Of a stretch of DNA of 64,000 nucleotides, positions 32,800 to 43,822 are shown piece after piece. A program made the translations under genes and the position numbers. Below the pieces are notes generated by a model that saw only the letters and a list, made by a program, of their open reading frames with translations, was not told the DNA's origin and did no database searches. The stretch comes from the human T2T-CHM13v2.0 reference genome, Homo sapiens: the NCBI RefSeq assembly GCF_009914755.1, contig NC_060925.1. One strand, given 5' to 3'. The stretch's first letter is position 1; each line of letters starts with the position of its first letter.

Positions 32800-33010
32800 A
32801 TAATGATAATTGTAGCCTCTAATATATCTGGCATTGCACCAGATGCTTTACGTGTTTTCTCTTTTAATCCTCACAACGATTCATTGTTTAGGTGAAAAAC
32901 CAGGCTCAGAGAAATAATTAACTTGCTTTAAGGTAATACAAGTAATAGGTGACAATTTCAGATTCGCAGTTTATTGTACTCAAATCTTGGTCTTTCTCTT
33001 AAACCACACA
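32800..33010 (-). mobile_element. MIR
   Basis: tttaatcctcacaac...aggctcagagaaataattaacttgctttaaggtaataca. Confidence 0.65.
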
Positions 33011-33714
33011 GTCTGCCTAACTAGGTAATCTTAAGCCCAGAAGAACACGTGGCTGCCATGCCCTTTGCACAGTCCTGATAAAGGGCAAAAACGAAGAGTT
33101 TTTCCATATTTAATTATGCAAATCATTCCAAAGCTTGGTGGGGTCCTTTACAAACTCAGAATTATCTATCTCCCTTTTCAATCTGCAAGCCCTCTTTTCA
33201 ACAATTTATCCTAAACACTATGACTAACAAGGCCTCCATCCAGCTTCTAAACTGAAAAGTGGGGCTGATTGCTCTTAGTCCTAGGAAGCAGGGCTCACTC
33301 TGCTCAAACAGCCTAAGGCAGGCTTTCTAATTCTGAGTCTGTTGCTCCGGGTCGTTTGTTTAGAACAATTGGGTATAGAGTCCCTCAACACAAATCTGGG
33401 TGATCAACTTGAGGGTCTGGGTGATACCAGGGCCTGGGTGATATTTTGATTCCTGCAATTGTCAAAAGAGGTCATAGATTGTTTTAGAAGGAAATTAGAA
33501 AATTGGTGGCCTGTGGGTTTACCAAATGTCTGTAATTACTGCAGCCAGGTCTTATTTATCTGTGTAGCAACAAACACAGATAAACAAGATCTTATGATCA
33601 GGCATTCAAACTACTCTTTTAGAAGGCTATTAATTGATGCTGAGCAAAACTTAGACTTGGTCTTATGAAGACCAAATGATTCCACCAGGTTCAGTCTCTG
33701 ATTTCACACCAGGA

Positions 33715-33895
33715 CAGTGGGGGCAAATTTGCTCCCCAAGGGAATACTTGGCAATGTCTGCAACTTCTTTTGGTTAGGGTGGGGTGCTAATGGCATCTAG
33801 TGGGTAGACTAAACATCTAGAATGCAAAGGACAGACCCTGAAACAAAGAAATATCTGGCCCTAGATGTCAATAGCGCATAGATGGAACAACGGCA
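33715..33895 (+). mobile_element. MER20 hAT-Charlie MITE
   Basis: gggcaaatttgctccccaaggg...ttggcaatgtctg...gtgctaatggcatctagtgggtag...tatctggccctagatgtcaatagcgc. Confidence 0.8.
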
Positions 33896-35201
33896 TTCTA
33901 AGAGGAAACCACTATGATTTGCATGTGGAGGGAAAGCTCTTGCACAAGGAGTCCTGCCCTGACAATAGTTCTCCAAGCTGGGGACCTCAGCATCTTTCAG
34001 CAGAGGAGAAGAAACCCAAGTTGTGGATCATTAAGCTACTTATTTTTGATGACAGTAGCAAAGTTGCATGAGTATATTTATTTTATTTTATTTTGGGGGG
34101 AGGATACTCATTTTAAATTAATGCAATGACATAATATTTCAGTTTTTCATGATTCTGGGTAATCCACATAACCGAAAAATTTACTGAAAAGTGAATTTAC
34201 TGAAAACTGAATTGAGCATTTTAACTACTCAGATATATTTATTTCATACTAATCTTGGATGGCACTCTTCCTTTACTGTATTAATTCCTGCTTTCTTAAA
34301 CAGGGAACATAGAACTAATTTTCTTGTTGAGCTGAAGTCATCATTTGGAGCATTGAGCACCCCTGTTATTTCGTTTTGCACTTTGGGGAGCATGGCCCTG
34401 CTAAATGACAACCCATGTTCTTTGAGTTCTTGAGCCTTTCATTTTCTTTATTTTTCTTAAGCATATTTGTTATCATGTCATCCAGCTATTTATTCTCATT
34501 GGTGGAATGAGTTTCATTCTAAGTAGTATATACTCGTTTCCCTTTCTAATTTGCTGCTTCTAGAAAATTGGTAACTAAGCTAGTTTAAAGTGTATCTAAA
34601 GTAAAAATAAGTAATGTGTGCAAACTGAGTGGTTTGCCTATGGGTAAACATAAAGGTTTTTGCTGATCAGCCTGCAACATATATTGTGCCTTTCCAGAGC
34701 TACTTAATGTCTTTTTTTTTTTTTAAAAAAAAAAAGAAATTCTAGGTCATATTAAATAAGTTCACTTTATTTAAGATGTAATTCTGTTTGAAAACACAGA
34801 CACACACCAAAGATGTGTCACACTCAAATTCATCATAGCATACTATCTAATGAGTTAATGTAAGTGTTATTTGGTTTGCAAAATATTTATTGGTAACTTT
34901 TCAGGAATTCATTTCTGTGTAAAGTGATTATCGGCTGACTAAAAGTAGGCCAAACCAATCATTAACACCTGAATTTACCCACACATTTCTCTATATTAAT
35001 AGGGAGTACAATTCTTGTTTTCTTCTTACCGTTTTGATGTATTTGAGATAGGATTAAGGAGTTGATTGTGAGAGAAAGGTGATGAAAAAAGTGTTAGTGC
35101 TGTTTTTATCTTTAGGCCATTTAAATTCTCTTCTTTCATTAATTTTTGCAGGTTTACTGAGGGATTGTTAACTCCTTTCATTTCTAAATATGGTTGGTAG
35201 A

Positions 35202-35564
35202 TGCTATGGTCTGAATGTTGGTGTCCCCTTAAAATTTATATATTGGAACCTAATACTCAATGTGATAGTATTAGGAGGAGGAGCCTTTAGGGGGGTGATT
35301 AAGCCATGAGGGCTCTGCTCTCATGAATGGGATTAGTGCCCATATAAAATAAGTTGAAGGGAGCTGGCTTGCCCTTTCCACCATGCGTGAGGACACAGTA
35401 ATAAAGCAACATCTCTGAAGCAGCGAGCAACCCCTCACCAGACACTGAACCTGCTGGCACCTTGATCTTGGACTTTCCAGCTTCCAGAACTGTGAAAATA
35501 AATTTCTATTGTTCGTAAGTTACCCAGTCTAAGGTAATGTGGTATAGCAGCCCAGACTAAGACA
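35202..35564 (+). mobile_element. MLT1A/MLT1A0 solo LTR
   Basis: tgctatggtctgaatgt...catgaatgggattagtgccc...gactaagaca; TG..CA ends; 5-bp TSD gtag(a/g). Confidence 0.9.
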
Positions 35565-36015
35565 GTAGGTTCTGTGTGTTTCTTATCTCCAATCCCTTTT
35601 CTTTCTCTTCTCTCTTCTTTCCTAAAACCCAAAGTGGGGATGATATAGAGGCACGGGGTGGAAGGGGGTCCATTTTGACAATGGGCACTCCTCTAAGCAT
35701 ATTTGCCTTCTCCTCTTGGTGTTTCATGAGGAAAAGTGCTCTTTGAAATTGAGTGAGGGGAAAAGCTTAGACCATCAAGGGATACCGAGTTTAGGACTCT
35801 CTGCTCTTGAGCAGGCTGGAATCCACCCTCACTTGCAAGGTGAGCAGCTCCATGAGGTGAGCTCATGAGAACAGCTCACTTCCCACTGCCTCCCATTTTC
35901 CAGCCAAAACTGCAGTTAATCCTTGACCAGGTAGGAAACTAAGATAAGTAAAACCTCAGGTCAAAGTTCCTGCAGAAATATATGTGCATGTAAGAAATTT
36001 TCACTTGTATTCTAC

Positions 36016-36053
36016 GTGTGTGTGTGTGTGTGGGTGTGTGTGTGTGTGTGTGT
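36016..36053. repeat. (GT)n microsatellite, one interruption
   Basis: gtgtgt...tgggtgtgt run. Confidence 0.95.
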
Positions 36054-36140
36054 TTATAAATTCCTGCAGGTAAAATCCTTGCAGGGAGTTAGTCCCAACT
36101 CCTTTAACCCTAGCCCATTGGGAAGGGGCTGTCTTTCTCA

Positions 36141-36269
<129 letters not shown>

Positions 36270-36575
36270 TTAGAGGAAAATGAAACACATTATTATTGCT
36301 GGGAGCAAACAGAAGACACACTATGAAGAAGAGATGGAGTTTGAGCATCCTGGCAAATCCAGACTGAAGTTAAATGACATCCACCAAACAACTCCAGGCT
36401 GTGAAGAAACAGACAGCTCTCCTCCCACTTCTCATCTTCCTTTTCTAGGCCATTAAACTGTGCACTGAAAAAGATGAAGATACCTCCCCAGGCTTTGGAA
36501 TTATCAAAATAACTTTGGAATTCTTGATATTGATTAATATCAATACTATTCCTATTCTATTCAAGTCAACTAAGA

Positions 36576-36822
36576 CAATGTTTTCAAATTTTAGATTATG
36601 ATTCATTAGTTGATAACAAAATCAATTTAATTGGCTTTAAAAGAGACATAAAATAGAAAAGAAAATATAAAAGCATGCATCACATGCAGTAAGGACGAGT
36701 CTATGTATGTAAACATTTTGTTTCAAATATATATGTGTGTTTGTTTATAAGATGTACATATTGCGATAGTTTAATGTTTCTTATTGTGAGTTATAGTCAA
36801 CAAAGTGTTCAAAAATTATTTA
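36576..36822. mobile_element. MER112-like hAT-Charlie MITE
   Basis: cattagttg...aaatcaatttaattgg...gcatcacatgcagtaagg...tttcttattgtgagttatagtcaacaaagt resembles recalled MER112. Confidence 0.5.
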
Positions 36823-37739
36823 ATTAAAATGTAAGCTCCCCAAAGGTACAGTTTTTGCCTTGTCCACCATTGTTCATCCAGCACCTAAAACACATACATA
36901 ATAAATATTAGCTGAATAAATATATGGCCTGGGGAAAGTCAATGAATCTGTTTTCTGATCTGTAGAAGAATAAAGTCTACCTTATAGGTTTGTCATTGGA
37001 ACTAATAAAAATGAGTGATGAGTGTGCTATACTAGTACATGGTAGGTGTTGAATCACTAAGAACTATTTTGTTTCTTCTTCCTCTTCCTCCTTTCCTTTC
37101 CTTCTCTTCCAATATTGAGTAAATCCTGAGCCTTCATATGAGTAGGTCCATGGTAGTCCATCCTGGAATAAAGTCTAGAATCCCCCAGTTCTCATAAGGG
37201 CTTTGCCACTGGAACCTTCAGGACCAAAACAGTCCTTTTACCATGAAATAGCTCCTCCAAAGTCTTTATCCACACCCCAGGGACGCTTGGAAAACAACTA
37301 GTTTGTGAGTGTCAATAATTTCATCTGATTTGGGTTTACCAGATCACTGTTTATTAATGCTAGAAAGATCTTCTCCTCTGCAGACTGATGGTGATCTTTC
37401 TCCAAGATTGTCATTAAATCATGAAAAGATTGATTTATAAACTGTAAGGGCTCCTAGGAGGATCTCAGTGCACAGATGGAGAAAGATCAATGGTTAGCTC
37501 ATTCTCTTGGTTCATAATCATTCCTTTTACCCATTATTCACTAACCCTTGTTCTCTGATTTGACTTTTCCTAAGACGTAATTATGCTCTATCAGGATGCC
37601 AAGTCCAACCCAAAGTGAGGTACCTGTGTTTTTGCTTAACGAGTTCATGAAGGGAAATAAGGTCCTGCAAATCCAGAAACTTACTTTGTGCTTCTAAAGA
37701 GATCCAGAAGCAGGACTTTACCTTTCAGGTAAATGTCTT

Positions 37740-38035
37740 TTTTTTTTTTTTTTTGAGACCAAGTCTCACTCTGTCACCCAGGCTGTTGCACACTGGTGCA
37801 ATCTCGGCTCACTGCAACTTCCGCCTCCTGGGTTCAAGTGATTCTCCTGCCTCAGTGTCCCAGGTAGCTGGGATTACAGGTGTGTGCCACCACACCCAGC
37901 TAATTTTTGTATTTTTAATAGGGACGGGGTTTCACCATGTTGGCCAGGCTGGTCTGGAACTCCTGACCTTAAGTGATCCACCCGCCTCAGCCTCCCAAAG
38001 TGCCGGGATTACATGTATGAGCCACTGCGCCCAGC
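37740..38035 (-). mobile_element. AluS (Sx/Sz-like), full length
   Basis: dimeric Alu; perfect 12-bp TSD ggtaaatgtctt at 37728-37739 and 38038-38049. Confidence 0.95.
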
Positions 38036-39042
38036 ATGGTAAATGTCTTATAAGTAGAACTAATAGGGCCTTACTTGGATCCCACTGATTTATGATCCAT
38101 GAGAATTCTAACAAGGACTGTATTAAAGTTAACCCAAGGAAAGAGAGGTTTGTTGAGAACATCAATAATGCAAATTAGAATAAGAGGTTGCATGGGGGTG
38201 GGAGGGGGTGTGTGTTTTCCTTACTTCAGGGAACAAAAAATATTTTCTAAAACTTTTGAAGCATCTCTGGATACAATGTGTAAAAATTAATTACCAAGTT
38301 GTGTGTTTTTTCTTTTTTTTGCTAAGGCAGAATCTACATACAGCAACACTGCATTAAGCTAAATCCAATTGCCAAAAGTATTTGGAAATTATGAAGCTAG
38401 ATTTTTATTTTTTAAGTTTTTACTGACCACTCTGATCTGTCTTCAGATACTTGGATAAATATCACGGAATAAAGTGGGAAAGAAAAGCTTACCTTTAAAA
38501 ACATCAAGAAGTTTTAAGCTTCAAAGAAGGAAAATGTTATTTAATGCTTTCTTTAATTAGGATTCTCTGTTGCTTCATTTTTGGTAGTGACCAGACATAA
38601 GCCCCCTGTCTAACTGGACAGTTTGTCCGAGAAGCCTCTCCATGAGGTACTGATGTCCAGTGAATTTCTAGAATGTCCTAGAGAAGGTGAGGTGCATGAC
38701 CATTGGTACTTTTTCTTCTTGGTCCCAGACAGGTTTTGTTTTGTTTGACTTTTGGTTGTTGTTATTTTGTCTTGTTTTTGTTATAACACCATGGGATTGA
38801 GTTTAGACTGTCCTAGAGAAACCTGGGTAAAGGAGGATAGGGAAGGAGGTTGGATATCGATGGAAATCTCTCCTACTTTATGAAATAAAAATACCAAGGG
38901 AGAAATGACCCAAATCACTGGTAGAAAGTGAACCTCCCAAACACCATCCATAGGAAGAACTATTGAGTCAATGTGGCCCAGGATGCTGTGTTCTGTATTT
39001 TCAAACCAGATATATGTGGCTGCATTTAGCGCTTGATGACAC

Positions 39043-39076
39043 TGCATGTGCACGCGCACACACACACACGCGCACA
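39043..39076. repeat. Alternating purine-pyrimidine (CA/CG) tract
   Basis: tgcatgtgcacgcgcacacacacacacgcgcaca. Confidence 0.9.
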
Positions 39077-39575
39077 AAGTGTCCTAATAAGTGAAAGCCC
39101 AGTAATAGCTCCTTAGAGAGAAAAAAGAATTTAAACGTTCAGAACTAGACACTGAGACAGGGCATAGGGACTTTTCAGGAAATTAAAAGAGGCTACAAGG
39201 AAGCAGAATGATCAGGGTTTCCTAAGCTGTGACACTGGGCTTTGCGAGTGTAGGTCGGGGAAGAGTTCGGTGTGGTTGCAGCTTCCTTGTGAATTCCTTG
39301 TGAATTACTAGGTCACTTTAAGCAGTTTTTTGGAAAAACACACTTCATACTGAGCATTGCCATACATTCCTAGACCAATTAAAACAATCAAACAAACCTT
39401 CAGCTTGGCAAGATGAAGAAGAGCGCAGGTCAGGAAGATGCCTTTATTGAAATGAGTCTACTTTTCAAACATTTCTATGGGAAGCCTTATTTTCTCCTTT
39501 CCCCTAAAGTAAAGTGTTTGAATAGATTTATTCAATTTTAGCTATTACTTAATTTTTAATAAAAACTACTGCTGT

Positions 39576-39696
39576 GCAGGAGAATGGCGTGAACCCGGGA
39601 GGCGGAGCTTGCAGTGAGCTGAGATCACGCCACTGCACTCCAGCCCGGGCGACAGAGCGAGACTCCGTCTCAAACAACAACAACAACAAAAAAAGC
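39576..39696 (+). mobile_element. 5'-truncated AluY (3' ~95 bp of right arm plus tail)
   Basis: gcaggagaatggcgtgaacccgggaggcggagcttgcag...gactccgtctc; TSD aaaactactg(c/g)tgt at 39562-39575 and 39697-39710. Confidence 0.93.
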
Positions 39697-39706
39697 AAAA
39701 CTACTG

Positions 39707-39738
39707 GTGTGTGTGTGGGGTGTGTGTGTGTGTGTGTG
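39707..39738. repeat. (GT)n microsatellite, interrupted
   Basis: gtgtgtgtgtggggtgtgtgtgtgtgtgtgtg. Confidence 0.9.
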
Positions 39739-40864
39739 CATGCGCACTTTCAGATGAATGACTCTTGTGGTACAGTTTCTCACTTCACAGCACTTTTTCT
39801 GCTGTCAAGATGAAAGACAGAGAGTTGTTCCAAAGCTAAGAAAAAACTTGATAACATAAAGCCACTTGCACAACTCTTGTGTCAGCTGAAGCTGATGGTA
39901 AAAAAATTAATAATATCTTACTTATGAGCTGAGGGAAATCAGTTCGAACTGAAGACAATTTTAAGATTGATATAGGATTTTTCTCATCTAAGATTCTTGA
40001 AGCTCTAAAATTATTAACAGATCCAACTGGACTCAATGAATGTTTGCTATGATACAATATCATAGACTGAGCTGCTGCTGATAGATGTCTCGGCTCCGTT
40101 GCCACAAGAACAGACATATTGCAGAGCTGAGTCCAGGTATACGCTCTCACATCCATTTTAGAAAGGGAAATAGAGATACAATCTAGTTATATACAGTGGC
40201 CAATTTTATTCATTGTCAGAGGTTGGGTTGAGAACTTATTAGGTTTTTAATAGTTAAAGTAAAGATTTTCAATCTATTCCTTGACATAAAGTGACTCAGC
40301 GTAAGGTTTTGTGAAAACCCACCTCTACGAGACCTTATTCGGAGCTAGACACTTTTCTTCTATGAAAGTCAAACTTCATAGCACTGAGATGTGTTTGTTA
40401 CAGCTGTTTCACTTGGGGAAATTAGGGCAACTGGATTAGTCGGTGTCACCTGGAAGCTCCTCTTTCAGGACTTTCCCTCCAATTGATGTGCACATGAACA
40501 GATACAGCTTCATCTCATGGTCAGGAAACATCATATCCCCAACCTTGGCCCACTTTGTGGGGACACCAGAAAAGCACACACCACAGACTCCCTACCATAA
40601 AAACTGGAAAAAAACCCCAGCATTTACATATGAACAGATCAGAACGGGTACCTGAGGAAGCCATACTTCAGCTTTTTAAAAAATAAGAATAAAATTAGAA
40701 TGTCTTCCAAATGATCTTTTATAGCCCAGCTTATGCTCAAACAACATTTTAGAGAAGCTTCTGTTGGTCATTCAATATTGAATTCTGTTTTTCTTCTATT
40801 TCTCTACCACTCAATTAGCACCTTACTTTAAATATCCCATTCTAATGTCCTGTGACATGTCAGC

Positions 40865-41219
40865 TGATACAGTTTGGCTGTGTCTCACCCAAATCTCATT
40901 TTGAATTCTCAGATGTTGTGAGAGGGATCCAGTGGGAGGTAATTGAACCTTTGGGCAGGTCTTTCCTGTGTTGTTCTCATACTAGTGAATAAGTCACATG
41001 AGAGCTGATGGTTTTAAAAATGACAGTTTCCCTGCACAAGCTCTCTTTCTGCCTGCTGCCATCCACATAACATGTGGCTTGCTCCTCCTTGCCTTCCACC
41101 ATGATTGTGAGGCTTCGTCAGCCACGTGGAACTGTGAGTTCTCCATTAAACCTCTTTCTTTTGTAAATTGCCCAGTCTCGGGTATGTCTTTATCAGCAAC
41201 ATGAAAATGGACTAATACA
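40865..41219 (+). mobile_element. THE1A-like solo LTR
   Basis: tgatacagtttggctgtgtc...ggactaataca; perfect 5-bp TSD tcagc at 40860-40864 and 41220-41224. Confidence 0.95.
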
Positions 41220-41599
41220 TCAGCACTATATATTTAGCAAGATAATAGAATACTGTATAACATCATGATGGCCAATATAGTGAGCTCTTTGAGGGATCAC
41301 TGGTGCATGGAATCAAATATGCTTTTATGATCTGGTTCAGAGGTGGGTTTGGAGGAGCAACTCAACATTTGCGGATTTGGTGTGTTGAGGTTGGCTTACG
41401 TTTTATATATTCAGCTAAAAAGATGTCCCTTTCTGACAGTCAAATCATTGAGAAGTTTGTTAAATAAAGCCAGTCTGTTCATGATCAATCCTCTTGCATA
41501 ATGCTTTTCCAAGTAAGCTATAAGGAATGAACATATTTCAGATTAATTTAGTTTGTCTTTATTAGGAGCTACATCAGACCCCCTTTGAATTAGTTTTGT

Positions 41600-42150
41600 A
41601 AAGACAGAAAAAATAAACCCCAAATGGAGTTATGTGTAAAGGAAAACAGCCACAGAGAACAATCCCCAGGCTTCTTCCCACAAGAGCTGGGGATTGGCCA
41701 AGCGGGACCTCTGGTAGTCACCCAAGTGCCCTTCTCTGCACAGAAAATCTGAACCCAGGGGCTCTGAGGTGTGTGAAATAAAAACAAATGTCCATGTCTG
41801 TCCTTTTATGGCATTTTGGGACTTTACATTTCAAACATTTCAGACATGTATCACAACACGAGGGAATAACAGTTCCAGGGATATCTGTAGCTTAAATGAG
41901 TAGAGGAAAGTCCCTGAACACTTTCCAAATTGCTCTCTTGGAACTGAGTTTCTAACTCACTGTCCAAGCCCAGGGCTAGTCAGTAAGCACATTCACTTTG
42001 ACTCGTGTTGATTTTCATTAGCCACATTATGTGGTGGTCACCCTGGGTCTGCATGTCAGTGGGGGCTACTTGACCTTCAACAGCTCCCCTCCAATTAAAA
42101 TAGTTTTATTCTCTGTTTTCTACCAGATGCCTACTGTGCTATTATGTAAT
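41600..42150. promoter_or_regulatory. Candidate enhancer (NF-kB, CDX/HOX, GRHL-like, PAR-bZIP motifs)
   Basis: ggaaagtccc 41905-41914 (GGGACTTTCC on minus), gggactttac 41818-41827, ttttatggc ~41804, aacagtt ~41868, ttatgtaa 42142-42149. Confidence 0.5.
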
Positions 42151-42184
42151 ATTTCACCTGTAGAAGTCTTATTCCTCATCTAGA

Positions 42185-42400
42185 GACAGCTCAGTACTAT
42201 GCAAAGAGCATGGGATTTGGAGGCAGATAGACTGGTTGAGTCAAGTTTGGAACTTTGAAGGGAGCCACAACTTCTATAGCTCAGTTCCCTCATCTGTATG
42301 ATAGTATCATAATTTTTGTGTGTGAGGATTAAATGCAGTAACACAGGAACACGTGGTAAGTGTCAATAAATAAATATTATTATTATCAGCATTATCATTA
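42185..42400 (+). mobile_element. MIR
   Basis: aagagcatgggatttggaggcagatagact...ctcagttccctcatctgta...gtgaggattaaatg. Confidence 0.75.
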
Positions 42401-42703
42401 GTAGGGTCTCACCCAAAGCCTATGAATTGTTATTATTTCATATCCATTCACATTCATTGACTGCTTAAGTGAATTAATAAATAGAAGTAAGAATGATTGC
42501 CTCTAGAATCTATTATAGTAGAGGGAAGCAGACTAGATAGAATAAAGCATCAGATTTGGTTTGTAACTGAGAGGTTTACTTTGTTCTAAGTAGCTGGCCT
42601 TGGGTTAACCAATACTTAGCCAGACACATCTATGATATTTCTGCTTTTGAAGTTTGAACATAAGGAGAGAGGTATCACCTATAATGCAGGCACCAAATAC
42701 AGT

Positions 42704-43075
42704 CGATATGGTTTGGCTCTGTGTCCCCAACCAAATGTCACCTTGAATTGTGGTTTCCATAATCCCCACATGTCATGGAAGGGACCCAGTGGGAAGTAAT
42801 TTAATCAAGAGGACGGTCACTCTCATGCTGTTCTCATGATCGTGAGTGAGTTCTCACGAGATCTGATGGTTTTATAAGGGGCTTTTCCCCCTTTTGCTTG
42901 GCATTTTTTCCTGCCATCATGTGAAGGACATGTTTGCTTCTCCTTCTGCCATGGTTGTAAGTTTCCTGAGGCCTCCCCAGCCCTGTGGAACTGTGAGTCA
43001 ATTAAACTGTTTCCTTTGTTAAGTTACCCAGTCTCGGGTATGTCTTTATTAGCAGTGTGAGAATGGACTAATACA
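42704..43075 (+). mobile_element. THE1B/C solo LTR
   Basis: (c)gatatggtttggctctgtgtcccc...ggactaataca; perfect 5-bp TSD acagt at 42699-42703 and 43076-43080. Confidence 0.95.
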
Positions 43076-43076
43076 A

Positions 43077-43408
43077 CAGTCATCAGTGGCATCTGCAGGG
43101 GATTGATTCCAGGACCCCCATGGATACCAAAATTTTCAGAAACTCAAGTCCTTGATCTAAAATGGTGTAGCATTTGCACATAACCTATGAATATCCTCCT
43201 GTTTACTTTAAATCACCTCTAGATTACGTATAATACCTAAGATAATGCAAATGCTATGTGAGTAGTTATTATACTATATGGTTTTGTATTTGTATCATTT
43301 TTTATTGTTGTATTGTTATTTTTATTTTTATTGTTTTTTTCTGAATATTTTTGATTCAAAGTTGGTTGAATTCTTGGATAGGGAACCCCAGATATGGAGT
43401 GCCAATTG
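43077..43408 (+). mobile_element. MER2 TcMar-Tigger MITE (left terminus split by THE1)
   Basis: cagtc...ggggattgattccaggacccccatggatacc...aaaatggtgtagcatttgcacataacct...gttggttgaat...gccaattg + TA. Confidence 0.88.
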
Positions 43409-43696
43409 TACATGTCTACATTTTAAATATGGCACAATAATTATGGAAACCATTCCAGCAGATGAAAGGGATGATAGATTTTGCTCAAGTTCAGAGAGGC
43501 TGCTGTCTGCACAATGAGTGCTATGTACATCATGCAATGGAAGGCAATGGTTTTAGTAGGGCGCAGAGCATCTAAACCCAATATAAGTTCCTTTAAATTG
43601 AGACATCCAGTCCAATTTCCTCAAAACTTAAGTATGTCCATCTCTATAGTAATAGCTTCCAGCTTGCGCAGAGGACCAGTATGGAAGCTGCTCTTC

Positions 43697-43822
43697 ATTT
43701 TTATTTTTTTATTTTACTTTGAGTTCTAGGGTACATGTGCACAATGTGCAGTTTGTTACATATGTATACATGCGCCAGTTTGGTGTGCTGCACCTGTTAA
43801 CTAACATTAGGAGATATACCTA
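43697..43822 (-). mobile_element. ~125-bp L1PA4/5-like 3' fragment with 5' inversion
   Basis: T-rich tail, gttctagggtacatgtgcacaa...gctgcacc; perfect 16-bp TSD atggaagctgctcttc at 43681-43696 and 43823-43838. Confidence 0.92.

Noticed and set aside
37740-39696. Inverted Alu pair as a dsRNA/editing substrate
   Set aside because: Common arrangement, only ~95 bp pairable, and no evidence of transcription
41790-41852. p53/p63 response element (gtccatgtct, agacatgtat)
   Set aside because: Both half-sites are imperfect and ~40 bp apart, not a canonical paired site
40865-43075. Full-length THE1 provirus
   Set aside because: The LTRs differ in subfamily, each has its own TSD, and the spacer contains a MIR rather than THE1 internal sequence
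43456-43469. cagcagatgaaagg resembles my recollection of the 8q24 rs6983267 TCF7L2 site
   Set aside because: Flanks do not match that locus as I recall it; treated as a generic TCF/E-box motif, not a locus identifier
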